DNA of 64,000 nt from Candidatus Firestoneibacteriota bacterium (GTDB lineage: Bacteria; Oederibacteriota; D2-FULL-39-29; CAIOVX01). Where the stretch lies: assembly GCA_903894145.1 (NCBI GenBank), contig CAITPB010000195.1, forward strand, positions 3,607-67,606. The letters are read 5' to 3'. Made by a program: the position numbers and the translations under genes. Positions within the stretch are counted from its first letter, which is position 1; each line of letters opens with the position of its first letter. This document shows, one piece after another, positions 55,149-64,000 of the stretch. The notes beneath the pieces were generated by a model. That model had not been told where the DNA came from, did no database searches, and worked only from the letters and a program-made list of their open reading frames with translations.

Positions 55149-56182
55149 TTCTTCTTCCTTACGCTGATACTCGCGAAAGCTGCGTAGACTTCTTCAACAT
55201 TCAGGGCCCTCATGCATTTCATATCTTCGCAATGATCTTTCCTGCACGGCCAACAGGGCATAATCTTTTGCAGCCAGACGGCGTTCTTTATATAAGGGAA
55301 CCAGACCTTTGGGTTTCCCGGGCCGAAGATTCCCGCCAGTGGAATTTTCAGAGCGGCAGCAACATGCATCGCTCCGTTGTCGTTAGAGATGAAACCGTCA
55401 AGCAGCGAGACAACAGCAGAAAAGGCGCGAAGAGGGAGGTTATCGGCGAAAACGGGTTTCTTCTTCATAAGCATTATTACTTTGGCTCCGACTACACGGT
55501 CTTTTGGTCCGGAAAAAACTATTACATTAAAGCCATTTGCCATAAATCTGTCAGCAAGCGCCGCGAACTTTTCAGGAGGCCACATCTTTGCCGGCCAGCT
55601 TGCACCGGGGTGCAATCCTATGACTGACTTGCCGGAACAAAGACCATGTCCGCGAAAATATTCATTTGCGAATTTCCTTTCCGCGTTAGTGAGTTTCAGA
55701 AAGGTTTCTTTTGCGGGACTTTCGATACCAAATATCCGGGCTGCCCGGTTATACTCATCTATGGCGTCAAGGGACAACCCGGTTCCGTCCCCCACAAAAT
55801 GAGTGTAAGCGTATTTCCTTCCGCGGTGGCCCCAGCCAATCCTGTATTTCGCGCCGCTAAAATATGTTAGCAACGCGGTCCGCGGGTTTCCGAAGGTGTC
55901 GATTACCGCGTCGAATTTTCTTTTCCTTATATTTTTTATCATCAACAGGTCATCCGCGAGGCTTCCGCGTTCAAGTGTGATAAGTTTGTCAACATAAGGG
56001 TTATTTTTCAGGACATCCAATGAAGCCTCTTCCGCAAGATATGAAATCTTTAGGCGCGGGATTCCTGATTTTAAGGCCCGCACCAAAGGCGTTGAGAGCA
56101 ATACATCCCCGATAAATCTCGGACGGATTATTAGCAGCTTCCTTATTCTTTTCGGGTCAATTTGGAAACCGGAATTCTTCAT
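55145..56182 (-). CDS. glycosyltransferase family 9 (LPS heptosyltransferase-like)
   Basis: KLLIIRPRFIGDVLLSTPLVRALK motif. Confidence 0.8.
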   Translation of the reverse strand: MKNSGFQIDPKRIRKLLIIRPRFIGDVLLSTPLVRALKSGIPRLKISYLAEEASLDVLKNNPYVDKLITLERGSLADDLLMIKNIRKRKFDAVIDTFGNPRTALLTYFSGAKYRIGWGHRGRKYAYTHFVGDGTGLSLDAIDEYNRAARIFGIESPAKETFLKLTNAERKFANEYFRGHGLCSGKSVIGLHPGASWPAKMWPPEKFAALADRFMANGFNVIVFSGPKDRVVGAKVIMLMKKKPVFADNLPLRAFSAVVSLLDGFISNDNGAMHVAAALKIPLAGIFGPGNPKVWFPYIKNAVWLQKIMPCWPCRKDHCEDMKCMRALNVEEVYAAFASISVRKKK

Positions 56183-57948
56183 TTGCTCCTCTGATTGATA
56201 ATATAGCCGGCCGCGTCCAAAAGGTCTTTTGCAATGAAGTCCGGCCGCAGCAAACCAAGTTTATTCTTTTCTTCGGCCCCGTATCCTGTCAAAACAAGGA
56301 CGCTCTTTGTTCCGCTTTTCATTCCAAATTCAATATCAGCGATTTTATCACCCACGACATACGAATGGCTCAGATCCAGGCCAATATCTTCTTGCGCCTG
56401 ATTTATCATTCCCGGCAAAGGTTTCCTGCACCCGCATTCTTCTTCCGGAGAGTGCTTACAGAAGTAAACAGCGTCAACACGCCCCCCGCTTTTATCGGTT
56501 ATCAGGCGCAGCAGTTTCTTGTGGATAGCCTCTAAGGTTTCCTCTTTAAACATCCCTCGCCCTATACCGGACTGGTTAGTCGTTATAATAACGGCAAACC
56601 CGGCGTCATTGAGTGTTTTTATCCCCTCCGCGGCTCCTTCAATAAGAAAAAGCGAATTCGGATCTGAAAGATATTCTTTTTCCACATTAATTGTGCCGTC
56701 CCTGTCAAGAAAGACAGCAGGACGGCCCGCTGTAAAGTTATTTGAAAGTGCAGCCATTCCGATCCCCAGCAGAAACCAGAAGTTCAACATTGCCTGCGAC
56801 GCCCCCCATGAATACTCAAAAAAACCTGTGATAATCAGTACGCTGAATACTCCTCCTGAACCTATGAACAGGTGTTTTGCGAAGCCTTCTTTAAAAGTCT
56901 TAAGCCCCTTGAAAAAAACATAGTAAAAAGCTCCTATAAAGAACAGGAACAAGACAAGCACCGGAAGCCCGCGCTCGGCAGCTATTTGCAGAAAAATGTT
57001 GTGAACATGAGCTTTTAGGTCGCGTTCCTGGGCGTCCGGGAGCATGTAATTTCCATAAACGGAACTCATATTATCTATCCCTATTCCCATCGGATGGTCT
57101 TTGATTATTTTAAGAGCGCTTTCCCACATACAGAGACGTTCATGAACCGATTGATGTTTCATGTCGGTTATCTTGCTTATGGTCTGTCCTAACCTTCCTG
57201 AAGGCGCCAGGAATATTCCCGTGGCAAAAATGGCCAGAACCGCAAACACCAGAGCGTAAGCGACCCATTTGCGAGACAGGAACGCCAGAAAGACTGCAAG
57301 CGCAAAGAGAGCAATCAGCCCAGAACTTGCATGAGACCCTATCAGCGCGGCAAAACATGCGACCAAAGATATGCCTGACAGGATCCATTTTGCGGGGGTC
57401 AGGAACCCTTTCCTCGCTTGTGACGAAACGCCAAAAAGTATTATTACACCTATCAGGGCAATCGCAAAATTCATTCCCATTCCAAGATGAATCGGGTGTC
57501 CAAGTCCGCCGCCGAAACGGTCTTCCCCCCGGAGCACACCTCTGATAACCGCATAAAGAGCTCCAATCAGCGCCGACCAAACCAGTATCCAGGCGGTCCT
57601 CTTCAGCTGCTTCCCTTCGCTGAAGCTTTCCCTCGCGACAACATACATAAGCATCCAGCCGGCAGTCTTAACGAAAGCATGCAGTCCCAGGCTCTTTGCC
57701 GGATTAACACCCAGAAAACAGGAGATGAAACTGCCTGCAATCATGGCAATGAAGGCATAATCAAAAAGGTTGTAACGTTCAGGACGAAAAAACTTAAATC
57801 CGGAGGTAGATACCTGCAGGAGAAAACCTATTAGAGCAAGAGCAAAAAAGACCTGCATCATGCTCCAGAACCAAAAAGCGCAAAATGCAAACCCATATAG
57901 GGAGTACTCTGTTAATATGCCGCCTATGAAAGAAAGACTGCGCCTCAT
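56179..57948 (-). CDS. fusion protein: O-antigen-ligase-family (Wzy_C/WaaL-like) polytopic domain + C-terminal D,D-heptose-1,7-bisphosphate phosphatase (GmhB, HAD-IIIA)
   Basis: About 12 TM with the Wzy_C loop motif ...AHVHNIFLQIAAERGLP... C-terminal FLDRDGTIN...TNQSGIGRG...CxH...CGCRKP...GDKIADIE is typical of GmhB, including the Zn motif. Confidence 0.7.
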   Translation of the reverse strand: MRRSLSFIGGILTEYSLYGFAFCAFWFWSMMQVFFALALIGFLLQVSTSGFKFFRPERYNLFDYAFIAMIAGSFISCFLGVNPAKSLGLHAFVKTAGWMLMYVVARESFSEGKQLKRTAWILVWSALIGALYAVIRGVLRGEDRFGGGLGHPIHLGMGMNFAIALIGVIILFGVSSQARKGFLTPAKWILSGISLVACFAALIGSHASSGLIALFALAVFLAFLSRKWVAYALVFAVLAIFATGIFLAPSGRLGQTISKITDMKHQSVHERLCMWESALKIIKDHPMGIGIDNMSSVYGNYMLPDAQERDLKAHVHNIFLQIAAERGLPVLVLFLFFIGAFYYVFFKGLKTFKEGFAKHLFIGSGGVFSVLIITGFFEYSWGASQAMLNFWFLLGIGMAALSNNFTAGRPAVFLDRDGTINVEKEYLSDPNSLFLIEGAAEGIKTLNDAGFAVIITTNQSGIGRGMFKEETLEAIHKKLLRLITDKSGGRVDAVYFCKHSPEEECGCRKPLPGMINQAQEDIGLDLSHSYVVGDKIADIEFGMKSGTKSVLVLTGYGAEEKNKLGLLRPDFIAKDLLDAAGYIINQRSK

Positions 57949-58695
57949 CTATCTCCTTCTAAAACCCCTGTACCAAAGATACCAGGGGGATATTTTCCTC
58001 ATAAAGGTCCTGATGCTTTCATCTTTCTTTACGTATACGCGGCGAAGGTCCAGAGGGTCTTCCAACACATATCCTGTTTTGGCGGAAATAGAGACTCCAA
58101 ATCTGTATCCAGCAGCTTCCAGGCCCGCCTTTACACGCTCATCCCTGTCGCCGTATGGATAGATCAGAGTGTTGACCGGTATTCCCGTCAGTTCTTCAAT
58201 GGTTTGCTTTGAATCCCTGAGCTCCTTTTCCAGTTCGCTGTCAGATAAACGCGAAAGAAACTGGTGCGTTTTGGAATGTGAAACGAAAGAAAAACAAAGA
58301 CCCGAATATTCCCTGACCAACTTCTCATCAATTATCCTGTAATATTCCTTGCGCGCCTTCTGCCAGTCATCGAATTCGCCTATGCAGTCCGTAACTAAGC
58401 CAACGACAGCCTTTTGCCTGTTTCCGGAAAGCACAGGCTGGACGCTCTTGAGCGTTTCCGCGTAACCGTCATCTATGCAAATTATTACCGGCTTTACCGG
58501 CGCTTTCATTCTTTCATCCAGGATCAGGCCTAGTTCATTGAAATCAAGAGTGGTGAAACCGGCGGCTAACAGGACGCCTGACTGAGCTTTAAAATCAGCA
58601 AGGCTCACAAAAGAACTGTCGTCCGGCAAAAGTTTTCCGTCACCGGCCATAACATGGTGATACATTAATATGGGTATATTTTTTATGTCCGCCAT
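57949..58695 (-). CDS. polysaccharide deacetylase (CE4/NodB-homology family)
   Basis: ILMYHHV...ICIDDGY...SHSKTH motifs. Confidence 0.75.
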   Translation of the reverse strand: MADIKNIPILMYHHVMAGDGKLLPDDSSFVSLADFKAQSGVLLAAGFTTLDFNELGLILDERMKAPVKPVIICIDDGYAETLKSVQPVLSGNRQKAVVGLVTDCIGEFDDWQKARKEYYRIIDEKLVREYSGLCFSFVSHSKTHQFLSRLSDSELEKELRDSKQTIEELTGIPVNTLIYPYGDRDERVKAGLEAAGYRFGVSISAKTGYVLEDPLDLRRVYVKKDESIRTFMRKISPWYLWYRGFRRR

Positions 58696-59459
58696 TTGAA
58701 CGCCTTCGGGTTATACCCGTTCATTTCAAGAAGCTTTAACTCACAGGTAAAATAATAAAACGCGGAAAGTGAATGAAAAATAAGCCCATGGATTCCGTCG
58801 AGCATTCCGAGTTGCAGGAAATACCATTTAAAAAATCTGTGAACCGGCCTGAAAATAATCCCGTAAATACTTGGGGAGACCCCTTTTTCACTCCTGCCCC
58901 TCGCATCCAGGTACGTGTAGCTGTTAAACTTCCTGATGTAGGAATAAATACTTTCATAGGAAAAATGCTCCAGGCAGTTGTCCAGCCTGCGCTCACGCGC
59001 GCCTTCCTTAAGGTAAACCCCTTCATGAACCTGCCTGACATTGAACATAAATCTTCCCTTTCTCCTATTGAATAACCGGAGATGATAATCCGGGTATTGC
59101 CCGCCGTGTTTCATCCATTTACCGAGAAAATAGTTCTTAATCGGAAAGGCATATCCTTCTCCTAAAGGTTTCAGGTTCTTTAATTCTTCTCTGAGCGCGA
59201 AGGAGACCCTCTCGTCCGCGTCGAGGCTGAGCACCCAGTCGTTCTTTGCCCTGTCAATACCATAATTCTTCTGATTAGCAAAATTGTCCCACTTGCGCGT
59301 AAAGACATTTTTAGTGAATTTTTGAGCGATCTTGACGGTTTTGTCAGAACTGCCGGCGTCAACGATTATAATCTCATTCGCAAAAGAGACGGACCGGAGA
59401 CAAACTTCAAGATTTCTCTCCTCATTTTTTGTTATGACAACAACGCTTATCTTTTCCAT
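58683..59459 (-). CDS. glycosyltransferase family 2
   Basis: ISVVVITKNEERNLEVCLRSV...IIVDAGSSDKT...LSLDADE motifs. Confidence 0.8.
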   Translation of the reverse strand: MEKISVVVITKNEERNLEVCLRSVSFANEIIIVDAGSSDKTVKIAQKFTKNVFTRKWDNFANQKNYGIDRAKNDWVLSLDADERVSFALREELKNLKPLGEGYAFPIKNYFLGKWMKHGGQYPDYHLRLFNRRKGRFMFNVRQVHEGVYLKEGARERRLDNCLEHFSYESIYSYIRKFNSYTYLDARGRSEKGVSPSIYGIIFRPVHRFFKWYFLQLGMLDGIHGLIFHSLSAFYYFTCELKLLEMNGYNPKAFKWRT

Positions 59460-60841
59460 TTTAGGTATTCCTTGTAAACGTCCAGGGGGGCTACAGTTTC
59501 AAGGCATTCGCGGCCTTCACAATCCTCTTTCCAGCAGGGTTTGCAGTACCTGTCTTTTGACACGATATAATTCCCGTCTTCTTCTTTGTAAGGATGGAAT
59601 ATCCTTGGCTCGTCCGGTCCGACTATGGTTATCGTTGGAGTGCCAAGAGCCGCAGCCGCGTGTGAAAGTCCAGAGTCATTTCCCACATATAGTCCTGCAA
59701 CCGAGAGAAGCCCCAGTACATCGCGCAGGCGCAGGGGAGGCATAAGAACAGGCGCGCTTTTTGACAATGAAACTGTTGCAGCCGCCATTTCAGCCTTTGC
59801 AGGATCTGTCAGAACGAGGGCTCTTACGTTCTTTCCTGCGGATATCATGTCCGTAAAAGCCGCGAAGTATTTTTCCGGCCACAGTTTGTTCCGCTTGCTG
59901 GCCGAAGGGTTGATTATCACGGCTTTGACATTCTTGCTTACACCGAATTTCCGCAGCAGGGCCCGGCCCTTCTTCCGCTCCACCGCTGTTACGGTTATTT
60001 TTGGCTTGGAGAATGACGCCTTTAAACCAAGCGCCCTGACGCAATCAAGATCCCTTTCAACCGCATTCTCATATTCCTGCGGTTTGTCTACAAGCACGGA
60101 AGAAAAGTAATTCTTTCCGTTATGATTATTTACCGAGAGCAGTGTTGCGCCTGAAAGCCGTGCCAGCAGCGCCGATCTAAAACTTGCCTGGGGAACAATC
60201 GCAAGATCATATTTCTTTTTCCATATTTTAAGCAGCGTCTTAAAGAATCCTTCATAGGCAATCGCAGAAGCGAGATTCTTCTGACCCGCGAGAAGCAAGG
60301 CGCTTTCGCTTTTCACAACAGCCTCAGTCAAAACCCCGGGAAATGATTTCTTTAGCGCCAAAAATAGAGGTGTGAGCAGAACCGTATCTCCGATTCCCCT
60401 AAGCTTTACGACAAGAACTCTCTTTATCTTTGCGCCTTCAGGAATAGCAGCACAAGGTTTGTGCTTTATGTAATCCCGTATAGGATTATCCAGATTTCCG
60501 GTCTTTTCGCTGCTTCCCGCGAAAAAAAGCCTTGCGCTTCCCGGGCAAACCAGGCGCCAGGTATCTTTTACATTTCTAATAACTGGAATGACATAGGTGC
60601 CGGGGTTATTCTTATTGGGCTTATTTCCAAGAAGCGTCCGTATTTCGCGTTTTAATGGAATTGAAACCTCTTCTCCGGAGTTCAACCCGAGCAGCCAGCC
60701 TGCAATCTGGTGTCCGGACTTACTGCCGCCGGGTCTTACCACATATATGCCGGAGACCCAACCTGAAACGCTTTTGACCGTTCTTTCCAGACTTTCTTCA
60801 TCTCCATTATGATTTATGACAGCAGTTATATTTATTCTCAT
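59447..60841 (-). CDS. GT9 heptosyltransferase-like protein with a ~135-aa N-terminal extension (degenerate GT2-like start)
   Basis: N-terminus ITAVINHNGDEESLERTVKSV resembles the beginning of a GT2 fold. It is followed by GT9 motif KRVLVVKLRGIGDTVLLTPLFLALKK and a GT9 C-terminal region. Confidence 0.65.
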   Translation of the reverse strand: MRINITAVINHNGDEESLERTVKSVSGWVSGIYVVRPGGSKSGHQIAGWLLGLNSGEEVSIPLKREIRTLLGNKPNKNNPGTYVIPVIRNVKDTWRLVCPGSARLFFAGSSEKTGNLDNPIRDYIKHKPCAAIPEGAKIKRVLVVKLRGIGDTVLLTPLFLALKKSFPGVLTEAVVKSESALLLAGQKNLASAIAYEGFFKTLLKIWKKKYDLAIVPQASFRSALLARLSGATLLSVNNHNGKNYFSSVLVDKPQEYENAVERDLDCVRALGLKASFSKPKITVTAVERKKGRALLRKFGVSKNVKAVIINPSASKRNKLWPEKYFAAFTDMISAGKNVRALVLTDPAKAEMAAATVSLSKSAPVLMPPLRLRDVLGLLSVAGLYVGNDSGLSHAAAALGTPTITIVGPDEPRIFHPYKEEDGNYIVSKDRYCKPCWKEDCEGRECLETVAPLDVYKEYLKWKR

Positions 60842-61905
60842 TTACGCGTGAACTCCGCGAGCAATCTCTCAGCCGCCGGCACAACCTCATCGACTTTAAT
60901 GTCGGAGCATCCTTTCCCGCTTATAATAGCAAGTTTTGGATTATCTTCAGGCGCCCAGCGGCTGTAATCGCTTTTTCCGTAGATTCCGACAATTGGAAGT
61001 CCGACAGCCATGGCAATGTGTATAGGCCCCGTGTCGCCGCAAATAAAGAGATTCATTCTTTTATACACTGCAGCCCAGCCTGTAATAGATGACGGTTTTA
61101 ATACAGGCACATTCCCGCCAAGCAAAGCGTTCAACCCGCGGGACAGCCTGTTTTCTCCAGGTCCTTCGCTAATTACCAGCTTGACACCGTATTTTTTTCG
61201 CAATATCGAGGCCGCAGATGCAAAAGAACTTACCGGCCAGCGCCTTGGTTTCCTCTTCGAGCCCGGATGCAACCCCACAACCAAATCATGCGTTCCTATG
61301 CCGTTCCGCGCGAAAAACTGCGCCCCCTCAGCGTCTTCCTCAGCCGAAATAAAAAGCGCCGGTTTTGAATACGACGACTTGAATCCAGCTTTTTCCAAAA
61401 GTTCAATGTTCCTGCTCGCTTCGTATTTCGCCCGCGGGTCCTTTTCGATCTCAACATTGTAGAAAGCGTCAGTATATTTGTCCTTGAAACCCACCCGAAT
61501 AGCGGCCCCGGATTTGTAACACGCAAAGGCGCTTGAGAGATCAAAGTCATAAGTTAACACAACCGCCGCGTCATACCCTGCGGAAACCGCTTTGACGTAT
61601 TCTTTGCTCCCGTACTCGATTATGCGGTCAACATACGGGTTGTTCTTCAGAACACCTCTGCAGTACCTGTTAAGAAGCACGGTTACGCTCGAGCCGGGTA
61701 TGTTTTTCTTTATGCTCTCAAAAACCGGCGTAGAAAGCAGCATGTCTCCCACACGGTCAAGCCTTATGATAAGAAATCTCTTGGCTGAATCCGTAGTGAT
61801 TGGCGCCGGCCTGGAATGTGTTCCCGCGGACTTAATGATAAATGCCGCAGTCTTTGCCAGGGCGTTTCTGTATTTAGCCCTGATTATAGAAGTATGGAAC
61901 TTCAA
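60838..61905 (-). CDS. glycosyltransferase family 9 (LPS heptosyltransferase-like)
   Basis: KRFLIIRLDRVGDMLLSTPVFESIKK motif. Confidence 0.8.
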   Translation of the reverse strand: MKFHTSIIRAKYRNALAKTAAFIIKSAGTHSRPAPITTDSAKRFLIIRLDRVGDMLLSTPVFESIKKNIPGSSVTVLLNRYCRGVLKNNPYVDRIIEYGSKEYVKAVSAGYDAAVVLTYDFDLSSAFACYKSGAAIRVGFKDKYTDAFYNVEIEKDPRAKYEASRNIELLEKAGFKSSYSKPALFISAEEDAEGAQFFARNGIGTHDLVVGLHPGSKRKPRRWPVSSFASAASILRKKYGVKLVISEGPGENRLSRGLNALLGGNVPVLKPSSITGWAAVYKRMNLFICGDTGPIHIAMAVGLPIVGIYGKSDYSRWAPEDNPKLAIISGKGCSDIKVDEVVPAAERLLAEFTRK

Positions 61906-61907
61906 TT

Positions 61908-62648
61908 TTACCTCTTGGCCGAAAAGATGCGGAAACTGACAAACCGCGACTTCTGGAGAAGATAACGCAGCAAACTCCAGAGGGTCTGGAGTCCGTAAAC
62001 CACGCTGTTCTTAAAGCTTATCGAGGAGGAATCCTTAAGATATTTTGTCGGGCAAGGTATCTCTTTTATCGTCATTCCGTAATAAACTGTCTGGACTATT
62101 ACCTCCGTATCAAAAACAAAGTTTTCGGAGTTATTCATAAAAGGTATATTTTCAAGGAGGCGCCTGCTGTAGGCCCTGTAGCCTGTGTGGAATTCCGAGA
62201 GTTTTAGCCCAAGTATAAGGTTTTCCGTTATGGTCAGAAACCTGTTGCTGATGTATTTATAGAAAGGCATGCCTCCGGAAAGAGCAGTTCCAGAAAGCAG
62301 CCGTGAAGCAAGCACGAGATCAGCCTTCCCTTCTGCTATCGGCCTTACTATCTCCGGAATCAGCTTGGGGTCATATTGATAATCAGGATGAAGCATTACC
62401 ACAATATCCGCGTTATTTTTCAATGCTTCTGTATAACATGTCTTCTGGTTTCCCCCGTATCCCCTGTTTTCAGGATGAACAAATACAGAAATTCCGAGTT
62501 CCCTTGCCTTATTGACTGTTTCATCATGAGAGGCGTCGTCAACAAGTATTATTCCGTCAACGGCGTCTTTTGGTATGTCATTGTATGTTATTTCAAGTGT
62601 TTTTGCCGCATTGTAAGCCGGCATAACGACCACAACTCTTGGTTTCAT
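61908..62648 (-). CDS. glycosyltransferase family 2 (Dpm1/polyprenol-phosphate glycosyltransferase-like)
   Basis: VVVVMPAYNAAKTL...ILVDDASHDET...DPDYQYD motifs. Confidence 0.8.
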   Translation of the reverse strand: MKPRVVVVMPAYNAAKTLEITYNDIPKDAVDGIILVDDASHDETVNKARELGISVFVHPENRGYGGNQKTCYTEALKNNADIVVMLHPDYQYDPKLIPEIVRPIAEGKADLVLASRLLSGTALSGGMPFYKYISNRFLTITENLILGLKLSEFHTGYRAYSRRLLENIPFMNNSENFVFDTEVIVQTVYYGMTIKEIPCPTKYLKDSSSISFKNSVVYGLQTLWSLLRYLLQKSRFVSFRIFSAKR

Positions 62649-62756
62649 AAAGCAATTTTAGCACAAACAGGGGTTTGAGTAAAGGGGTTATGAGATAAGC
62701 TCTGACAGGAAAAGGCCAAGAAACCATTACTATTCAGAGAGTTTCACCGGCATTAT

Positions 62757-62784
62757 CAAAAAAAAAGGCCCCGGTTACCGGGGC
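62757..62784 (-). terminator. intrinsic terminator after the PorV/FadL-like OMP gene
   Basis: ggccccgg-tta-ccggggcc 8-bp GC stem followed on the minus strand by U9 (plus A-run 62757-62765). Confidence 0.8.
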
Positions 62785-62800
62785 CGTGAAAACATCTCAA

Positions 62801-63724
62801 CTATAGATTGAAGACAGGTCTTGGCTCTGTGATGCAAATAGAGAATCTGTGCGTGCCCGCTGATTCTATATACATAAGCGGCATCGTGAACGAGTAATCA
62901 AACCTCAAATCCACAATTTTTGACGGCAAATAGAAGCTGAAACCCAGGTCAACGTTAAGGTAACTGTTATTCCCGTAGCCAACACCGCCTCTAAACCCCA
63001 CCTCTGAATCACCCACGCCGAGTTCTTTCAGCAATCCTGAATCCAGCCAGTATTCACTCCCTCCCTTTATCTTTGCGTCGTCGCCGCTCAAATCTCCTTC
63101 CAGACAGAGAAGAAGGCTCCTGTCTAACTTGTACCTTCCGCCAACCCTCAGATTCATAGGGACAGGATCGGAACTTCCAACGTTAATATCCGGAACGTTA
63201 ATATTTTCAATAGAGGCGCCTATAGCCAAATCGCCGGTAAGCTTTCCAAAAAAGGAAGCGTCAATTCCAAGCGCTGAGGCGGAGGTCGCGGAGAAAAAAG
63301 GATTCCCTGAAGCGACAGAATCAAGCGTGTATGATTTAGAGAGCAGCTTAAGAGCCATTCCAATCGTGTACTGCTTGGTGATAGGATATGCATACGCGAC
63401 CTTCAGCGTACTTTCCGAATATGAGGAAGCGGCGGAAAGCCCAAGCCAGCTTATGCCAATAACGCCGTAACCCGGGACAGGTACAACTATTGCCGCGAAA
63501 CTGTCGCTTAGCCCTTCCATATAACCGGTATAAGTAGCTGTTGTAGAGATCATCTTTATTTGAATCATACCGGCAGGATTATAATACATAGCGTTCGCGT
63601 CATCGGCAACGGCAACAAAAGCTTCGCCTAGCCCTGTAGGCCTTGCTCCCTGGCCAGAGTCAAAAAAGGCCGCATGCGCAACAGCGGAACACATGACCAA
63701 TACCGCTAAGAATAACTTTCTCAT
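62801..63724 (-). CDS. outer-membrane beta-barrel protein with FadL/PorV-type N-terminal motif
   Basis: Signal peptide MRKLFLAVLVMCSAVAHA. ARPTGLGEAFVAVADDANAMYYNPAGM matches the conserved N-terminal motif shared by FadL/TodX and PorV/PorQ families. 307 aa. C-terminal aromatic-rich beta-strand. Confidence 0.55.
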   Translation of the reverse strand: MRKLFLAVLVMCSAVAHAAFFDSGQGARPTGLGEAFVAVADDANAMYYNPAGMIQIKMISTTATYTGYMEGLSDSFAAIVVPVPGYGVIGISWLGLSAASSYSESTLKVAYAYPITKQYTIGMALKLLSKSYTLDSVASGNPFFSATSASALGIDASFFGKLTGDLAIGASIENINVPDINVGSSDPVPMNLRVGGRYKLDRSLLLCLEGDLSGDDAKIKGGSEYWLDSGLLKELGVGDSEVGFRGGVGYGNNSYLNVDLGFSFYLPSKIVDLRFDYSFTMPLMYIESAGTHRFSICITEPRPVFNL

Positions 63725-63741
63725 AAAGTCTCCTCCGTATT

Positions 63742-64000
63742 CTACTTAGCCAGGACTACGGTTCCTTTGCCTGCAACCGCGCTGCCAACCCTTATTTGCC
63801 AGACATATACCCCTCCGTCAACAATTTTACCGGAGTTATTCTTGCCGTCCCAACTGATTGTGCTGCTTAGGGCACCGGCATTCCAGGAAACAGGGGCATT
63901 TCCCGCATTCAAATTTGCCACCAGCGTGCCGTTGGGTTTATAAATGAGCATTGAGACGTCTTCATTGTTTTGATTAAAGACAGAAAAACTTGCTTTTGAG
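63742..64000 (-). CDS. C-terminal ~85 aa of a larger secreted protein ending in a T9SS-type-A / FlgD-Ig-like sorting domain (N-terminus beyond window end)
   Basis: The reading frame stays open upstream of the first Met to the window edge. C-terminus LIYKPNGTLVANL...SWDGKNNSGKIVDGGVYVWQIRVGS...GKGTVVLAK fits the por-secretion-tail pattern (WDGxNxxGxxVxxGVY...K.VLxK). Confidence 0.55.
   Translation of the reverse strand, partial: SKASFSVFNQNNEDVSMLIYKPNGTLVANLNAGNAPVSWNAGALSSTISWDGKNNSGKIVDGGVYVWQIRVGSAVAGKGTVVLAK

Noticed and set aside
1-64000. CRISPR arrays, tRNA/rRNA genes, IS elements/transposases, integrases, toxin-antitoxin or restriction-modification genes
   Set aside because: Scanned intergenic regions and ORF translations. 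No repeat-spacer arrays, no tRNA-like T-arm/anticodon structures, no transposase or recombinase motifs and no nuclease or helicase defence-like proteins were recognised.

Overview
The window reads as a dense, almost entirely minus-strand chromosomal segment of an anaerobic Gram-negative bacterium. It carries a four-subunit pyruvate:ferredoxin oxidoreductase, an LPS-core heptosyltransferase cluster, a serine-palmitoyltransferase-like gene and a T9SS-type C-terminal sorting domain next to a PorV/FadL-like outer-membrane protein. That combination suggests an uncultivated FCB-group or related lineage, but this is inference only. About 60 protein genes are supported. Housekeeping content includes a complete DapL-route lysine operon (lysA-dapF-dapA-dapB-dapL), porGDAB, serA plus a class-V aminotransferase, clpX-clpP-tig, a short Rel, yajC-secD-secF, rpe, rlmN, purH, purN, purC, accA and asnB. 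I found no rRNA, tRNA, CRISPR array or obvious mobile element. The accessory half holds several unusual arrangements. The most interesting is a 12.6-kb same-strand block (tetR, tolC, hlyD, two ABC ATPases, two ABC-2 permeases, tadB-like, tadC-like, livM, livG, livF, TPR). In it a GspF/TadB/TadC-type platform pair sits with no secretion ATPase, pilin or secretin. Instead it is wedged against an incomplete Liv-type ABC set (no LivH, no binding protein) and a translationally coupled TPR protein. Other notable items are an O-antigen-ligase::GmhB fusion inside a cluster with four GT9 and two GT2 genes, and a kinase-less PrkC-like PASTA protein at the conserved rlmN/rpe position. There is also a 478-aa Rel lacking the C-terminal regulatory domains, and an SPT-like alpha-oxoamine synthase diverging from an NAD-dependent epimerase-family reductase. 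LarB is co-operonic with a tRNA-dihydrouridine synthase. A 56-aa ferredoxin missed by the ORF track carries a palindromic candidate operator inside its promoter. Near-consensus sigma70 promoters, intrinsic terminators and recurring TATGAAC tandem motifs are recorded. All calls rest on reading the translated ORFs and sequence by eye. No database searches were run.
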